Source: Bacteroidota bacterium (lineage in GTDB: Bacteria; Bacteroidota; Bacteroidia; Chitinophagales; Chitinophagaceae). From it: a stretch of DNA of 64,000 bases. Positions 22,701 through 31,996 of the stretch are shown here, in pieces (position 1 is the stretch's first letter; each line of letters begins with the position of its first letter). Under the pieces are notes generated by a model that saw only the letters and a list, made by a program, of their open reading frames with translations, had not been told where the DNA came from and ran no database searches. Made by a program: the position numbers and the translations under genes. Location: assembly GCA_947460175.1 (NCBI GenBank), contig CANHGW010000007.1:15302-79301 (forward strand), written 5' to 3'.

Positions 22701-24655
22701 GCAGATGAGTGACCAAAAAACTGAACAATAGATGATCCATTATTTATAAATGAATCAATAATCGTATTATTAATCGATTCTTGTTCGGGATTACTGCTTT
22801 TATATACGTTGGTCGCATTCGCACCAAAAAAAGGATTCTCAATAATTATTTTATGCTTTTCGAGCGAAGAAACAATCGGCAATAATTGAAGGCTATCTGA
22901 TGCACCTGCAATTTGCAACACTCTCTTTTGCCACATCTTATTCTCACTCGTTTGATTGGTATTTGTCAATGCGATTTCTTGATCTTTAACTTTATCCAAA
23001 TATGTTTTTATATCATTTGCATTGAATGCTGATAATCGACCAATTGAAATTAAAGGTCTATCATTACTTCCAAAATCTGTGAATAATAAATCAGAACCAG
23101 GTTGACCAAATGTAGGAACAGCAGTAAATGGATATGCAACCGAAGACGCGGCTTTATATGCTATATAAGAATTGTATTCAAGCCCTTTTCCGATTATAAA
23201 TACATGTTTTGGTTTATCAGTCCATGATGCATTTGTGTAAGCATATTCTAAAAAATTACGAATGGCTAAGCCACTGAAATCATAACCATACCCAAATTCA
23301 TTGTAAATATCATTGACAAAAGCAACGGTTGAATTGTAAGCACCACCCGCTACTGAAGAACGATAATTTTTATATGCATCAACATGATTATTGCCATTTC
23401 CATCATTGGTATATTTACTATCTGTAATGATGATATAATTTCCTTGATGCGAATTTTGAGTAAAATTCTTAAATGTTACATTCGTAAGTCCTAGTTTAGA
23501 CTTATAAGCAATATCATTTTTACTTTGTAATACATAAGTATTCGCTATCCCAGATGCTGGTAATAAAAACCTTACTATTCCTGGCAATGAAATATCTCCG
23601 AGTATATAATTTGAAGTAGTAAGATTATATAAAACAGGCTGAATCCCTCCGTGATTGAAGTTAGTTATTTCAATATAGTGGCTAGCTAGTTTAGGTTGTA
23701 TTTCAAATTTAAAAGAAGTTAGGTTGTTGAAATCATAGGTAACTGGATATTTAATTTCCATAGAAGAAATTCCATAGTTATCATTTGCAATACCAGATGG
23801 TTCATACATTATTTTAAATGTATTAGTTGCAGATATCGTTGACATTGGAAACGACCTATTTAATCTAACAAAATCAAAACGAGCATAGGTAGTATCACCT
23901 AGCAAATTATTGTTTGCATACAATTTTATATTATGATTTCCAATGTATCCTCTTCCTACAATTGTTGTTTTTATAGATACATTAGGTGCAGATGGATCTA
24001 TATAAGGATTTGTACAATTGACTACAATTGAATCTTTGTTTGATGTAATGGATTTTACATATCCTTCTTGTTGAAAATGTGACAAGTTAAGATGATACAT
24101 TATTGGGTTTTGATATTGCCCTTCTGCAGCCGAAGGACCTGCAGTAAATGAATTACGATAATTAAAGCGTTGACTTACTAAGCAATAATTTTCTTTAACT
24201 GGCAAGCTAACCAAATTATTTGGTAGTGAATTATAACGTTTATGTCCTGAAGCATTATTATATGTAATAAAATAAACCGCAGTATCTGAAACTAAGTTTT
24301 GCGTAGGATTTAAATTGAGCGTAGAATCTTTGTACAACCGTTTTTCAACATTCCCATTTGCTTTTTCACCATAAAATTCTATAAAATCAGTTGAACTTAA
24401 AACTCCAGTATTAGAAACAAAAATTGGCTGTTCAACGCCATCTCTATATAATTGTAAGTTATCACCTAATACACCAGCAGGCAAACCAATATTGGTTAAT
24501 GCTGAGATAGATATTTTATAAAATCCATCTTGATAAACTTTACACTTGTAATATGATTGATTATAATTGATCCACTCGTTGCCTATATTTTGAGCACTCG
24601 AGTAAGTCGTAAATCCAAGTATGGTAGCCAATAAAAAAAGTGAAAATTTGTTCAT
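19727..24655 (-). CDS. very large secreted peptidase C25 (gingipain)-like protein with a T9SS C-terminal sorting domain
   Basis: Signal peptide. Central candidate catalytic motifs are His (QFFGHSSAS) and Cys (IANGCGAGN). The last 80 aa or so (LYPNPAGSYTNL...GIYSVLI...VIKLTKE) match the type A T9SS CTD pattern. Confidence 0.65.
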   Translation of the reverse strand: MNKFSLFLLATILGFTTYSSAQNIGNEWINYNQSYYKCKVYQDGFYKISISALTNIGLPAGVLGDNLQLYRDGVEQPIFVSNTGVLSSTDFIEFYGEKANGNVEKRLYKDSTLNLNPTQNLVSDTAVYFITYNNASGHKRYNSLPNNLVSLPVKENYCLVSQRFNYRNSFTAGPSAAEGQYQNPIMYHLNLSHFQQEGYVKSITSNKDSIVVNCTNPYIDPSAPNVSIKTTIVGRGYIGNHNIKLYANNNLLGDTTYARFDFVRLNRSFPMSTISATNTFKIMYEPSGIANDNYGISSMEIKYPVTYDFNNLTSFKFEIQPKLASHYIEITNFNHGGIQPVLYNLTTSNYILGDISLPGIVRFLLPASGIANTYVLQSKNDIAYKSKLGLTNVTFKNFTQNSHQGNYIIITDSKYTNDGNGNNHVDAYKNYRSSVAGGAYNSTVAFVNDIYNEFGYGYDFSGLAIRNFLEYAYTNASWTDKPKHVFIIGKGLEYNSYIAYKAASSVAYPFTAVPTFGQPGSDLLFTDFGSNDRPLISIGRLSAFNANDIKTYLDKVKDQEIALTNTNQTSENKMWQKRVLQIAGASDSLQLLPIVSSLEKHKIIIENPFFGANATNVYKSSNPEQESINNTIIDSFINNGSSIVQFFGHSSASTIDYGLDFPEKYSNNKKYPLMIANGCGAGNIFLFTGQKYLSERFLFTPNAGAIGFLASVNTGFSGYLGFYTDSLYARIGMSMYGQSIGEQLINNITSLISLPNFQNDFLFKMHAEQILLNGDPAIRLAASTLPDYSIELKDIVIKQSDLSLAMDSFDVSVLYNNLGKYSSDSVEIVVKRRLNDFTEKTLLVQKVPGFSNNLPLNLRVPIMGDIGKGTNQLIVSIDRYNAITEMSETNNTSTRTFVIRNSGITPVYPTEFSIIGNQGITLKASTLNPFEEVMDYTFEIDTTELFNSPIKQSSIITSAGGVVKWTPTLVYNDSVVYYWRTSNNNGPTIWATSSFIYIDQSLPGWNQSHYYQFQKDEYSKINLDSASRQFTYTSTNKLLQVQNVCMNGAVPFNYIWPEYLVKMNGSTLYTFGCDPYPGYSSLQFIVIDTLTGKPWLNTRPDINVAMGKYGSFDPCRIANGSIKEDPFFEFSFLSAASRKTIMDFIDSIPAGYYVMIQPRLCVGSGCGIINSTFIRHWKTDTTTLGSNVSLYHKLKNMGFNTIDSFYKNRPMIFWTQKNVPSSVKQYVGADATVKLYGEFDYKILQTEGTITTPKIGPASVWNDFQRSLYTLDQGSDDKSMFLIYGIGKNQNETLIAKVQNDTSLSFIDANQYPYLKIEMLNADKRARTPEQMKYWRIYYTPMPEAALNPASMYSVSEGGMPNTKRIRIAIENLTNVPMDSMLISFYMYDRFNNKSLIESKRYQPLPGADTIVVEYELSTLNMYSNMKFEVEVNPLKDQVEQFHPNNIGLRSMSLIDPTLPLPVTLKEFVVYESDCSTKINWTVNDEVNFSHYNIERKVATNFETIASVYSTGNEGIQHYSYMDTKPNPAVYVYRLKMVDIDSKYQYSPEKALRINCNQENSDIQLYPNPAGSYTNLMVKNESDGFYEIRIINSIGQQVYNTSLEVLNETKVISLPIEQLPTGIYSVLIHDGITSKVIKLTKE

Positions 24656-24942
24656 GTTCGTATGTGAAGTTTTTTATAGTAGGGGGTGCAAATAAATTGT
24701 ATTTATGAGTTCATTCGTATTTTAAAATGTTGTTTAACTGTAGGTTTTCAATACTTTAAAGGAAGAATTGTGCCAAAATTAAAATTACATTTATAAAATT
24801 ATAATACCAATTATAACTATGCATTAAAAATTAAATATTAATATGTAATACATATACAATAAATATATGTTTTATAAAAAAAACATATCATACTAAATCA
24901 ATAATTTCTAATCTTTAAGAAGAAAAAGAGTAAGTAGGAAAA

Positions 24943-25593
24943 TTAAAAACGGTAACCCATGTTGAAATTCAACTGAAACGTTTGGGAAACAGAATTATTT
25001 CCATTTCCACCAAAAGGAGAAATCCCAGTAAAATTATTTCGATTTGGCATGCTATCAAAATATTTCAAGCCAAGACTAAAATCTAAAGCCAAGTACAACG
25101 CTTTAGAAAAAGTAAAATTTACGCTATTATTAATCAAAAAACCAAGTTGACTTCTGGTATCTGTTACCAATTTTTCATATACAACACCTCCAGATCCAGT
25201 TACATATGAAGAGTAAGTTTCTTCTCTTGTCGCAAATAAAAACTGAGGTCCAATTGCGTATTTTACTAGACCTTGTTTTTTAGGATATAATTTGATGGTA
25301 GGCATAAAATAATATGCCTTTTTTTCTATTGATACACTTACAGGTAAACGAAAACTAATCATTTCGTTATTGAAAATTCGTTCATAACTCAATCCAATCG
25401 TCAAATCAGGATTTTCATTAAAAATATCATTTGCAATTATTTGAACAGGTGTAAAAGAAATTATATTCTTCCCCAATTCTCCATTTCGAATGTTTACCTT
25501 TTTCTTTTCTTCGGTGCGATTCACTCTATACCCTTGGGCAAAACTAGTAAGCGACATAATCAAAAGGAAAGCAGATGTTAGTATTGTACGCAT
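24943..25593 (-). CDS. small outer-membrane beta-barrel protein
   Basis: Signal peptide, alternating hydrophobic strands and a C-terminal aromatic residue (MGYRF). Confidence 0.45.
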   Translation of the reverse strand: MRTILTSAFLLIMSLTSFAQGYRVNRTEEKKKVNIRNGELGKNIISFTPVQIIANDIFNENPDLTIGLSYERIFNNEMISFRLPVSVSIEKKAYYFMPTIKLYPKKQGLVKYAIGPQFLFATREETYSSYVTGSGGVVYEKLVTDTRSQLGFLINNSVNFTFSKALYLALDFSLGLKYFDSMPNRNNFTGISPFGGNGNNSVSQTFQLNFNMGYRF

Positions 25594-25633
25594 TTGATAG
25601 AATTTATTGAATATCGAAATTAACTAAATATAG

Positions 25634-26356
25634 CTACTTCAACCATTTTCTACATTGCATTAACATAGCATTCATATCTCTAGGTAGTGGCGCTTGCACA
25701 TCCAATTCCTTACCATGCATAGATAAAAATTTCAATTGAAATGCATGCAGTCCTAATCGGTTAAGTATTGGCTTTTCTTCTTCTACATCTTTAGATAGAT
25801 TAAACTTTCGCTTAAACCCTGAAAGAAAAACCGGCTTGCCATCACCATACAATTCATCACAAACGAGTGGATAACCAATAAATGAAGTATGCACTCTTAT
25901 TTGATGTGTACGCCCTGTATGGAGTTGAAATTTCATATAACTAAAAAGACCAAAAGATTCCAATACTTCATAATCTGTAATACTCATTTTACCAATTCGA
26001 TCATTGATCACCATTTTACCTTTTACAGTAGGATGTTCCATAATTCCATGTTCTATGCGTCCTGATTTTTCTATAGGACTTCCATGCACAATACCAGTAT
26101 AAAATTTGGCCACTTCTCTCTTTTCAAATAACTGTGATGTATACTTATGTGTCATTTCATTTTTGGCAAAACACATACAACCACTTGTATCTTTATCTAA
26201 TCGATGCACTGTATATATATCCTCATATTGACGTTTCAACAATCCAGATACAGAAGGCAACTCTAATTTGTGTCTATCAGGAATAGATAATAATCCAGTA
26301 GGCTTATTCACAAATACATAATCGTCATCTTCAAAAATAATATCTAATTTCACCAT
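25634..26356 (-). CDS. RluA family pseudouridine synthase
   Basis: Catalytic motif HRLDKDTSG and HQIRVH. Confidence 0.85.
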   Translation of the reverse strand: MVKLDIIFEDDDYVFVNKPTGLLSIPDRHKLELPSVSGLLKRQYEDIYTVHRLDKDTSGCMCFAKNEMTHKYTSQLFEKREVAKFYTGIVHGSPIEKSGRIEHGIMEHPTVKGKMVINDRIGKMSITDYEVLESFGLFSYMKFQLHTGRTHQIRVHTSFIGYPLVCDELYGDGKPVFLSGFKRKFNLSKDVEEEKPILNRLGLHAFQLKFLSMHGKELDVQAPLPRDMNAMLMQCRKWLK

Positions 26357-26368
26357 ACAATTCTCTTT

Positions 26369-27826
26369 CTATTTAAAATGTTTTAGATATACAATTTCCT
26401 TCTCGTCCAATGCTCTCCATTTACCTCGTGGCAAATTCTTTTTAGTAAGCCCAGCATATACTACTCTATCGAGTGTTTTCACTTGATAATTTAAATGTTC
26501 AAATATTCGACGTACAATTCTATTTCTTCCAATATGAATTTGAATACCTATCTCAGTTTTATCTTTCGGATTAGTAAATGCAATTTCGTCCACCGTAGCG
26601 ACGCCATCTTCCAATGTAAGGCCATTGGCTATGGCATCAAAATCTTGCATAGTCAATGGTTTATCCAAGCCTACTTGATATATTTTCTTGGTGTTATGCT
26701 TTGGATGTGACAATCGTTGGGCAAGCTCTCCATCATTGGTAAATAAAAGTAATCCAGTGGTATTTCGATCCAATCGCCCTACTGGAAATATTCGACTATC
26801 TTCGATCCCTTTGAATAAATCCATCACTGTTTTTCGACCTTCAGGATCGTCTGTAGTGGTGATATAATCTTTAGGTTTATTCAGAAGGTAGTAGACTAGC
26901 TTTCGTTGTGCAACAACTCTTTTTTCTTCGTAAAGAACTATATCATTGTCTTTTATTTTTAATCCTGGCGTTAATTCTACTACACCATTGACTTTTACTT
27001 TGCCTTTTTTAATCAATTCTACTGCATCTCTACGCGAACAAATACCACAGTGTGCAATAAACTTATTCAACGGCATTTCTTCTTCCTTTTTTTCTTCTAC
27101 TATATTTTTGGGAATACGAGGTTTCTTGATGGTTGATTTGTAAAACGCATGATCTGAATCATTGAATTTCTTATCATCACTTTTAGCAACTCTTGTATCA
27201 CCCCCTTTAGTATAAGTACGCTTAGGCTTATCTTCAAATGAACCCGCCTTTTCGTTACACTTAGAATGTACTGCAGGTGCTCTTTTATCAGACTTATTCG
27301 CAGCTCTATAATCGTTGTAGGATGACCTTTCATTCATGAAAGTTGAACCACGTTGTTGTTTTTCGTAAGGACCATCATCCGTTCTGAAATTTCCACCATG
27401 CTGTTCCGATTTGGTATCAGTTGATTTACGATCTCTTTTGTCATTTGCAAATCGATCCGATTTGAAATTCCCTTTTCCTTGACCTGGCTTAGCATCAAAT
27501 GATGTTCGAGCACGTTTTTCATATGGAGTTTTGTCTGACTTGTAACCACTTTTAGACTGAGGCGATTTTGAACCGTAAGCATTTCGTTCTTTCTTTTCAA
27601 AAGAGGATTGGTCACCTTCCGATTTACTTTTAAAACCTGCCGACGTTGAACTACCTGCACTTCGATCGTATTTCTTAGCAGGTTTACTTTCATCAAATCG
27701 AGGCTTGTCCGATTTAAATGGCTTTCGTTCTTTTTTTTCAAAAGGTGGTTTGTCTGCCTTTCTAGAATTTGTGACAGGTTTCTTTTTGGTATAATCAGAT
27801 GAAATTTTAGATACTTTCTTTGCCAT
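26369..27826 (-). CDS. rluB: RsuA/RluB family pseudouridine synthase with a long basic N-terminal extension
   Basis: S4 domain (LNKFIAHCGICSRRDAVELIKKGKVKVNG) and catalytic GRLDRNTTGLL. These are preceded by about 250 aa of K/S/D/F-rich low-complexity sequence. Confidence 0.8.
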   Translation of the reverse strand: MAKKVSKISSDYTKKKPVTNSRKADKPPFEKKERKPFKSDKPRFDESKPAKKYDRSAGSSTSAGFKSKSEGDQSSFEKKERNAYGSKSPQSKSGYKSDKTPYEKRARTSFDAKPGQGKGNFKSDRFANDKRDRKSTDTKSEQHGGNFRTDDGPYEKQQRGSTFMNERSSYNDYRAANKSDKRAPAVHSKCNEKAGSFEDKPKRTYTKGGDTRVAKSDDKKFNDSDHAFYKSTIKKPRIPKNIVEEKKEEEMPLNKFIAHCGICSRRDAVELIKKGKVKVNGVVELTPGLKIKDNDIVLYEEKRVVAQRKLVYYLLNKPKDYITTTDDPEGRKTVMDLFKGIEDSRIFPVGRLDRNTTGLLLFTNDGELAQRLSHPKHNTKKIYQVGLDKPLTMQDFDAIANGLTLEDGVATVDEIAFTNPKDKTEIGIQIHIGRNRIVRRIFEHLNYQVKTLDRVVYAGLTKKNLPRGKWRALDEKEIVYLKHFK

Positions 27827-27828
27827 GT

Positions 27829-28875
27829 TTATTTTGAATTTGTAGGATGATTAATATTGGCCAATTGACCACACGCTGCGTCTATATCCTTACCTCTACT
27901 TCTTCGCAATCGAGCATTGACTCTATTGCGATCAAGATACTGCATAAATGTTTCTACTTTCTCTTCAGAAGGTTTAGCAAATGATGCTAATTCGATTGGA
28001 TTGTATTCAATGATATTGACTTTACTAGGCACTTTTCTACATATCTTAATTAATTCATCTGCATCTTCGACTGAATCATTAAAGTTGGCAAATAAGATAT
28101 ATTCGAATGTGATTGGATTTTTTGTAGCCCTATAAAAATAATTCAACGAATCAATTAACACTTCTAAATTATTGGCTTCATTGATGGGCATGATTTCGTT
28201 TCGCTTAGTATCATTCGCAGCATGCAACGATAATGCAAGATTAAACCTTACTTTATCGTCAGCTAATTTTTTAATCATTTTAGAAACACCTGCTGTAGAA
28301 ACTGTAATTCGTGAAGGTGACATGCCCATTCCATCGGGAGATGTAATACGCTCAATAGACTTTAATACATTATTGTAATTCAACAAGGGCTCGCCCATTC
28401 CCATAAACACAATATTGGACAATGGTTTGCCATAATTATCCAATGCTTGCTTGTTGAGATGCATCACTTGATCTACAATTTCATCAAACTCTAAATTTCG
28501 TTTACGATCCATATAACCTGTAGCGCAAAATTTACAACTCAAACTACATCCAACTTGAGAAGACACACAAGCTGTCATACGTGTATCAGTCGGTATCAGA
28601 ACCCCTTCTACATAATGGCCATCATGTAATACAAATCGATTTTTAATGGTAGTATCTTCACTCAATTGTGTATGATCTATATTCAGTTTGAATAAATCAT
28701 AATCTTGCTTCAATTTTTCTTTAAACGCTTTAGAAAGGTTACTCATATCATCTATGGATGTAACGCCTTTTTGCCAAAGCCATTCGTGAATTTGTTTTGC
28801 TCGATAGGGTTTTTCTCCCATATCAGAAACGAGTGTTTCTATTTCAGCCTTTGATAGATGTCGCAGATTTTTCAT
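27829..28875 (-). CDS. rlmN: 23S rRNA/tRNA adenine-C2 methyltransferase RlmN (radical SAM)
   Basis: CSLSCKFCATG radical-SAM cluster motif, GMGEPLLN, and a C-terminal catalytic Cys (DIDAACGQL). Confidence 0.9.
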   Translation of the reverse strand: MKNLRHLSKAEIETLVSDMGEKPYRAKQIHEWLWQKGVTSIDDMSNLSKAFKEKLKQDYDLFKLNIDHTQLSEDTTIKNRFVLHDGHYVEGVLIPTDTRMTACVSSQVGCSLSCKFCATGYMDRKRNLEFDEIVDQVMHLNKQALDNYGKPLSNIVFMGMGEPLLNYNNVLKSIERITSPDGMGMSPSRITVSTAGVSKMIKKLADDKVRFNLALSLHAANDTKRNEIMPINEANNLEVLIDSLNYFYRATKNPITFEYILFANFNDSVEDADELIKICRKVPSKVNIIEYNPIELASFAKPSEEKVETFMQYLDRNRVNARLRRSRGKDIDAACGQLANINHPTNSK

Positions 28876-29024
28876 CTGTGTATAGTTTTAAGATTCAGGT
28901 TGCAGTTAAAATACAATAAACTTTCGTTAAAATTCATTTTAATTGCAAGCTACAAATGTAACCTTATTCTATGATTTAACGTAAGACTCTCAAACACTAT
29001 ATTGTTAATACACTACTTAATGAA

Positions 29025-30152
29025 TCATAAATAAACATCCATGACAGATCGAACAAATTGTTCAGTAGTGAATTTATCTAGTGCTTCTGTACCCTTTTGA
29101 ATCAACTGTTTTCGATCAGAATCATTACCAAGTATTGTTTGAAAAGCATCGATATACTGCGCTTCATCCGATGGATCTATTAACAGTGCTGCACCTTGCC
29201 CAATCTCTTGCATACTCGAACAATCAGAGGTAATAACGGGAATAGCAGAACTAAAAGCTTCTACAATCGGTATACCAAAACCTTCCATTTGGGAAGGATA
29301 AATTAAACCTATCGAACGTTGGTACAACAAGGGTAAATCTCGAAAAATATCGGCAGACGTAAAATGATCTTCGAGAAAAATAACTTGATGTTCAATGCCT
29401 TCTTTTTTTATTAAATCAACCACCTTTTGTTTGTATTCGCTCCCCTGTCCCACCACGACTAATCCTATGTTATTATTTTCAAGTTTTGAAAAGGCGCTAC
29501 ATATTTTTAGTAAATTTTTTCGCTCTATAATACTACCCACTGAAATAAAATATTGATCAGGTAATGAATAGCGTTTATTCAATTGTTGAAATTCTACTTC
29601 TGAAAATCGATTCAAAAAACGATCGTCACATGACTGATAACAAACAGTGATTTTTGAAGAGTCAACTCCATACAATTTGATAATATCTTGCTTAGTTGCC
29701 TCACTGATTGCGATAATTTCATGTGCAACATCACATGCTTTTTTAAACTTGTGTCGATAAATCTTTACATCGCTTGCATTGTATTGTTCAGGATAATATT
29801 CAAATATCAAATCATGAATAGTAACAATATTGCGGGAAGTACATTTTTCAATACCAGTTGGCAATTCATTGCTTAAGCCATGAAAGACATCTATTTTTAA
29901 TTCATTGATTTCTTTCTTCATTCTTGAAGATCGCCACAAACTCGGCAAACATTTATCAAGGAAAGAGGTAGGATTTACTTCAATATATTTAGCGTTGAAC
30001 CCAACGCTATAATTCAAATTTCTGACAGGATTGAAACCATAATATTCATGCATAGGGTAAAAATGCATTAACCCATTCATTAGTGTACGGCTATAATTAC
30101 CCAAACCAGTTGAATTATGATAAGCCCTTTTTGCATCAAATCCTATACGCAT
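29025..30152 (-). CDS. glycosyltransferase family 4 (GT-B fold)
   Basis: EGFGIPIVEA motif in the C-terminal Rossmann domain; 375 aa. Confidence 0.8.
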   Translation of the reverse strand: MRIGFDAKRAYHNSTGLGNYSRTLMNGLMHFYPMHEYYGFNPVRNLNYSVGFNAKYIEVNPTSFLDKCLPSLWRSSRMKKEINELKIDVFHGLSNELPTGIEKCTSRNIVTIHDLIFEYYPEQYNASDVKIYRHKFKKACDVAHEIIAISEATKQDIIKLYGVDSSKITVCYQSCDDRFLNRFSEVEFQQLNKRYSLPDQYFISVGSIIERKNLLKICSAFSKLENNNIGLVVVGQGSEYKQKVVDLIKKEGIEHQVIFLEDHFTSADIFRDLPLLYQRSIGLIYPSQMEGFGIPIVEAFSSAIPVITSDCSSMQEIGQGAALLIDPSDEAQYIDAFQTILGNDSDRKQLIQKGTEALDKFTTEQFVRSVMDVYL

Positions 30153-30214
30153 TGTATCCTTGAAAATTGTTGCAATTTACGTACCTCAATGTATAGAGTT
30201 CTCAAAATTTCGAA

Positions 30215-30862
30215 TTATTTAACCCCAAGATTCTTCTCAAAATATTTACAAGCCATCGTAATACCACATTCATTGCATTTTGGATTTCGAGCCAAACAAG
30301 TATACCTTCCATGTAGAATTATCCAATGATGAGCTTTATGTACTAACTCCTTGGGAATATGCTTGATCAATTGAAGTTCAGCTTGCAAGGGCGTTTTAGC
30401 ATTTGTTGTTAATCCAACTCGAGCCGAAACACGAAACACGTGGGTATCCACTGCCATATTCGGCTGTTGGTCTACGACCGAAGTAATTACATTCGCCGTT
30501 TTACGGCCAACACCTGGCAATTTTATCAATTCATTGACTGTCAATGGCACTTCTTCATTGAAATCTTGCACTAGCATTTGCGCCATTCCAATCAAATGTT
30601 TGGTTTTATTATTGGGATAACTAATACTTCGTATGAGAGGAAACAAATTGTCAAACGTTGCATAGGACATGCTTTTAGCATCAGGATATTGGCGAAAAAT
30701 AGCTGGAGTAGTTAAATTGACTCGTTTATCGGTACATTGAGCTGAGAGTATCACTGCTACCAGCAACTGAAAAGGATTATCGTATAAAAGTTCCGTTTCG
30801 GCATTGGGTGCATGTGTCGAAAAATATTCGATTATATATTCATACCGCTGTTTTTTAGTCAT
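30215..30862 (-). CDS. nth: endonuclease III
   Basis: HhH motif LPGVGRKTANV, catalytic region VDTHVFRV and a 4Fe-4S cluster loop C-x6-C-x2-C-x5-C (CLARNPKCNECGITMAC). Confidence 0.9.
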   Translation of the reverse strand: MTKKQRYEYIIEYFSTHAPNAETELLYDNPFQLLVAVILSAQCTDKRVNLTTPAIFRQYPDAKSMSYATFDNLFPLIRSISYPNNKTKHLIGMAQMLVQDFNEEVPLTVNELIKLPGVGRKTANVITSVVDQQPNMAVDTHVFRVSARVGLTTNAKTPLQAELQLIKHIPKELVHKAHHWIILHGRYTCLARNPKCNECGITMACKYFEKNLGVK

Positions 30863-30941
30863 GGGGCAAAGTTAGTGTCTATAAGTATTGGGATAAAATT
30901 ATACATTTAATTAAATTCTCTGTTAAATTTGTGACTTGTCA

Positions 30942-31988
30942 ATGAAAAAATTAATATTTATAACTGTTTACGTATTGCTAGCACAGTATATGTATGCACA
31001 AACGTTGGTAAGTAGCAATCCTGAAGCAAGAGAGTTGTATACCAATGCTCGAAACTATTTACAAAATGCTGATTTTGCTAATGCCATCATGGTATTTAAT
31101 CAGGCAGTACAAGTAGATCTCGAAAATCTTATTTTAAGACGAGAACTTGCCAATGCCTATTATATGCAAGGCGATTTAATGCGTGGCGAAAAAATGGTCA
31201 TGCCATTGTTGAAACGTGATGAAGCCGATGAACAAACTTTTCAAGTTGCTTCAAACATACTCGCAGGTATGAATAAAATGGATGATGCCAAAGATGCAAT
31301 TAATAAAGGTATCGATAAGTTTCCTAATTCTGGAATCCTATATTCAAACAAAGGCGAGATATATACCAAACAGAAAAAATATAAATCTGCCGCAGCAGCT
31401 TGGGAAAAAGGAATTGAAAAAGACCCACGCTATCACTTGAATTATTACAATTTAAGCAAAGTATACTTTTTCACTAAAAACTACATCTGGGCTATTTTAT
31501 ATGGAGAAACCTTTGTGAATCTTGAAAGCTTTTCGAGTAAGTCGCAAGAAATGAAAAAAATTGTTTTTGAAAGTTACAAATTCATGATTGCAGAATTGAA
31601 TAATATATCATTGGATGGCAAGCTAAACCGATATGATAATCCTAAAAACTTCGAACAATCTTGTTTGAAAATTTATGACAATCTTAGAAACGTAGTGACT
31701 GGAGGTATCAATGCAGAAAACCTTACGATGCTTCGCATCCGATTTTTATTAGAATGGAATCGTAGCTATGCTAAAAAATATCCTTCAGAACTCATAGACC
31801 ATCAACAACGATTCTTGACCAAAGGTTTTTATGACACCTATAATCAATGGATGTTTGGAAAATTAGACAACGATAAAATATACAAAAACTGGACTCAGAA
31901 AAATGCTGACATAATGAATCGATTTGATCAGTATTTTAGAAACAACAAATTACAACCTCGAGACAATCAGTATTACCATATCAACTAA
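30942..31988 (+). CDS. secreted TPR-repeat protein
   Basis: ATG at 30942 gives a signal peptide. TPR-like repeats are present (ANAIMVFNQAV, LANAYYMQGD). Confidence 0.55.
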   Translation: MKKLIFITVYVLLAQYMYAQTLVSSNPEARELYTNARNYLQNADFANAIMVFNQAVQVDLENLILRRELANAYYMQGDLMRGEKMVMPLLKRDEADEQTFQVASNILAGMNKMDDAKDAINKGIDKFPNSGILYSNKGEIYTKQKKYKSAAAAWEKGIEKDPRYHLNYYNLSKVYFFTKNYIWAILYGETFVNLESFSSKSQEMKKIVFESYKFMIAELNNISLDGKLNRYDNPKNFEQSCLKIYDNLRNVVTGGINAENLTMLRIRFLLEWNRSYAKKYPSELIDHQQRFLTKGFYDTYNQWMFGKLDNDKIYKNWTQKNADIMNRFDQYFRNNKLQPRDNQYYHIN

Positions 31989-31996
31989 TATAGTGT

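Noticed and set aside
19727-24655. Considered calling this the T9SS sortase PorU.
   Set aside because: It is much longer than the PorU proteins I know of, no porV-like gene is adjacent, and the motifs are only C25-like. I kept the generic C25-like call.
24656-24942. An extremely AT-rich 287-bp intergenic region with short palindromes (ACATAT/ATATGT), checked for an RNA gene or repeat element.
   Set aside because: I found no stable stem, no repeat partner and no conserved motif. It is most likely the promoter region of the C25-like gene and the terminator region of the neighbouring gene.
27100-27741. Two same-strand ORFs (135 and 77 aa) inside the rluB-like gene.
   Set aside because: They are alternative frames of the low-complexity K/S/D-rich region, and the rluB frame is continuous with a recognisable S4 and catalytic domain.
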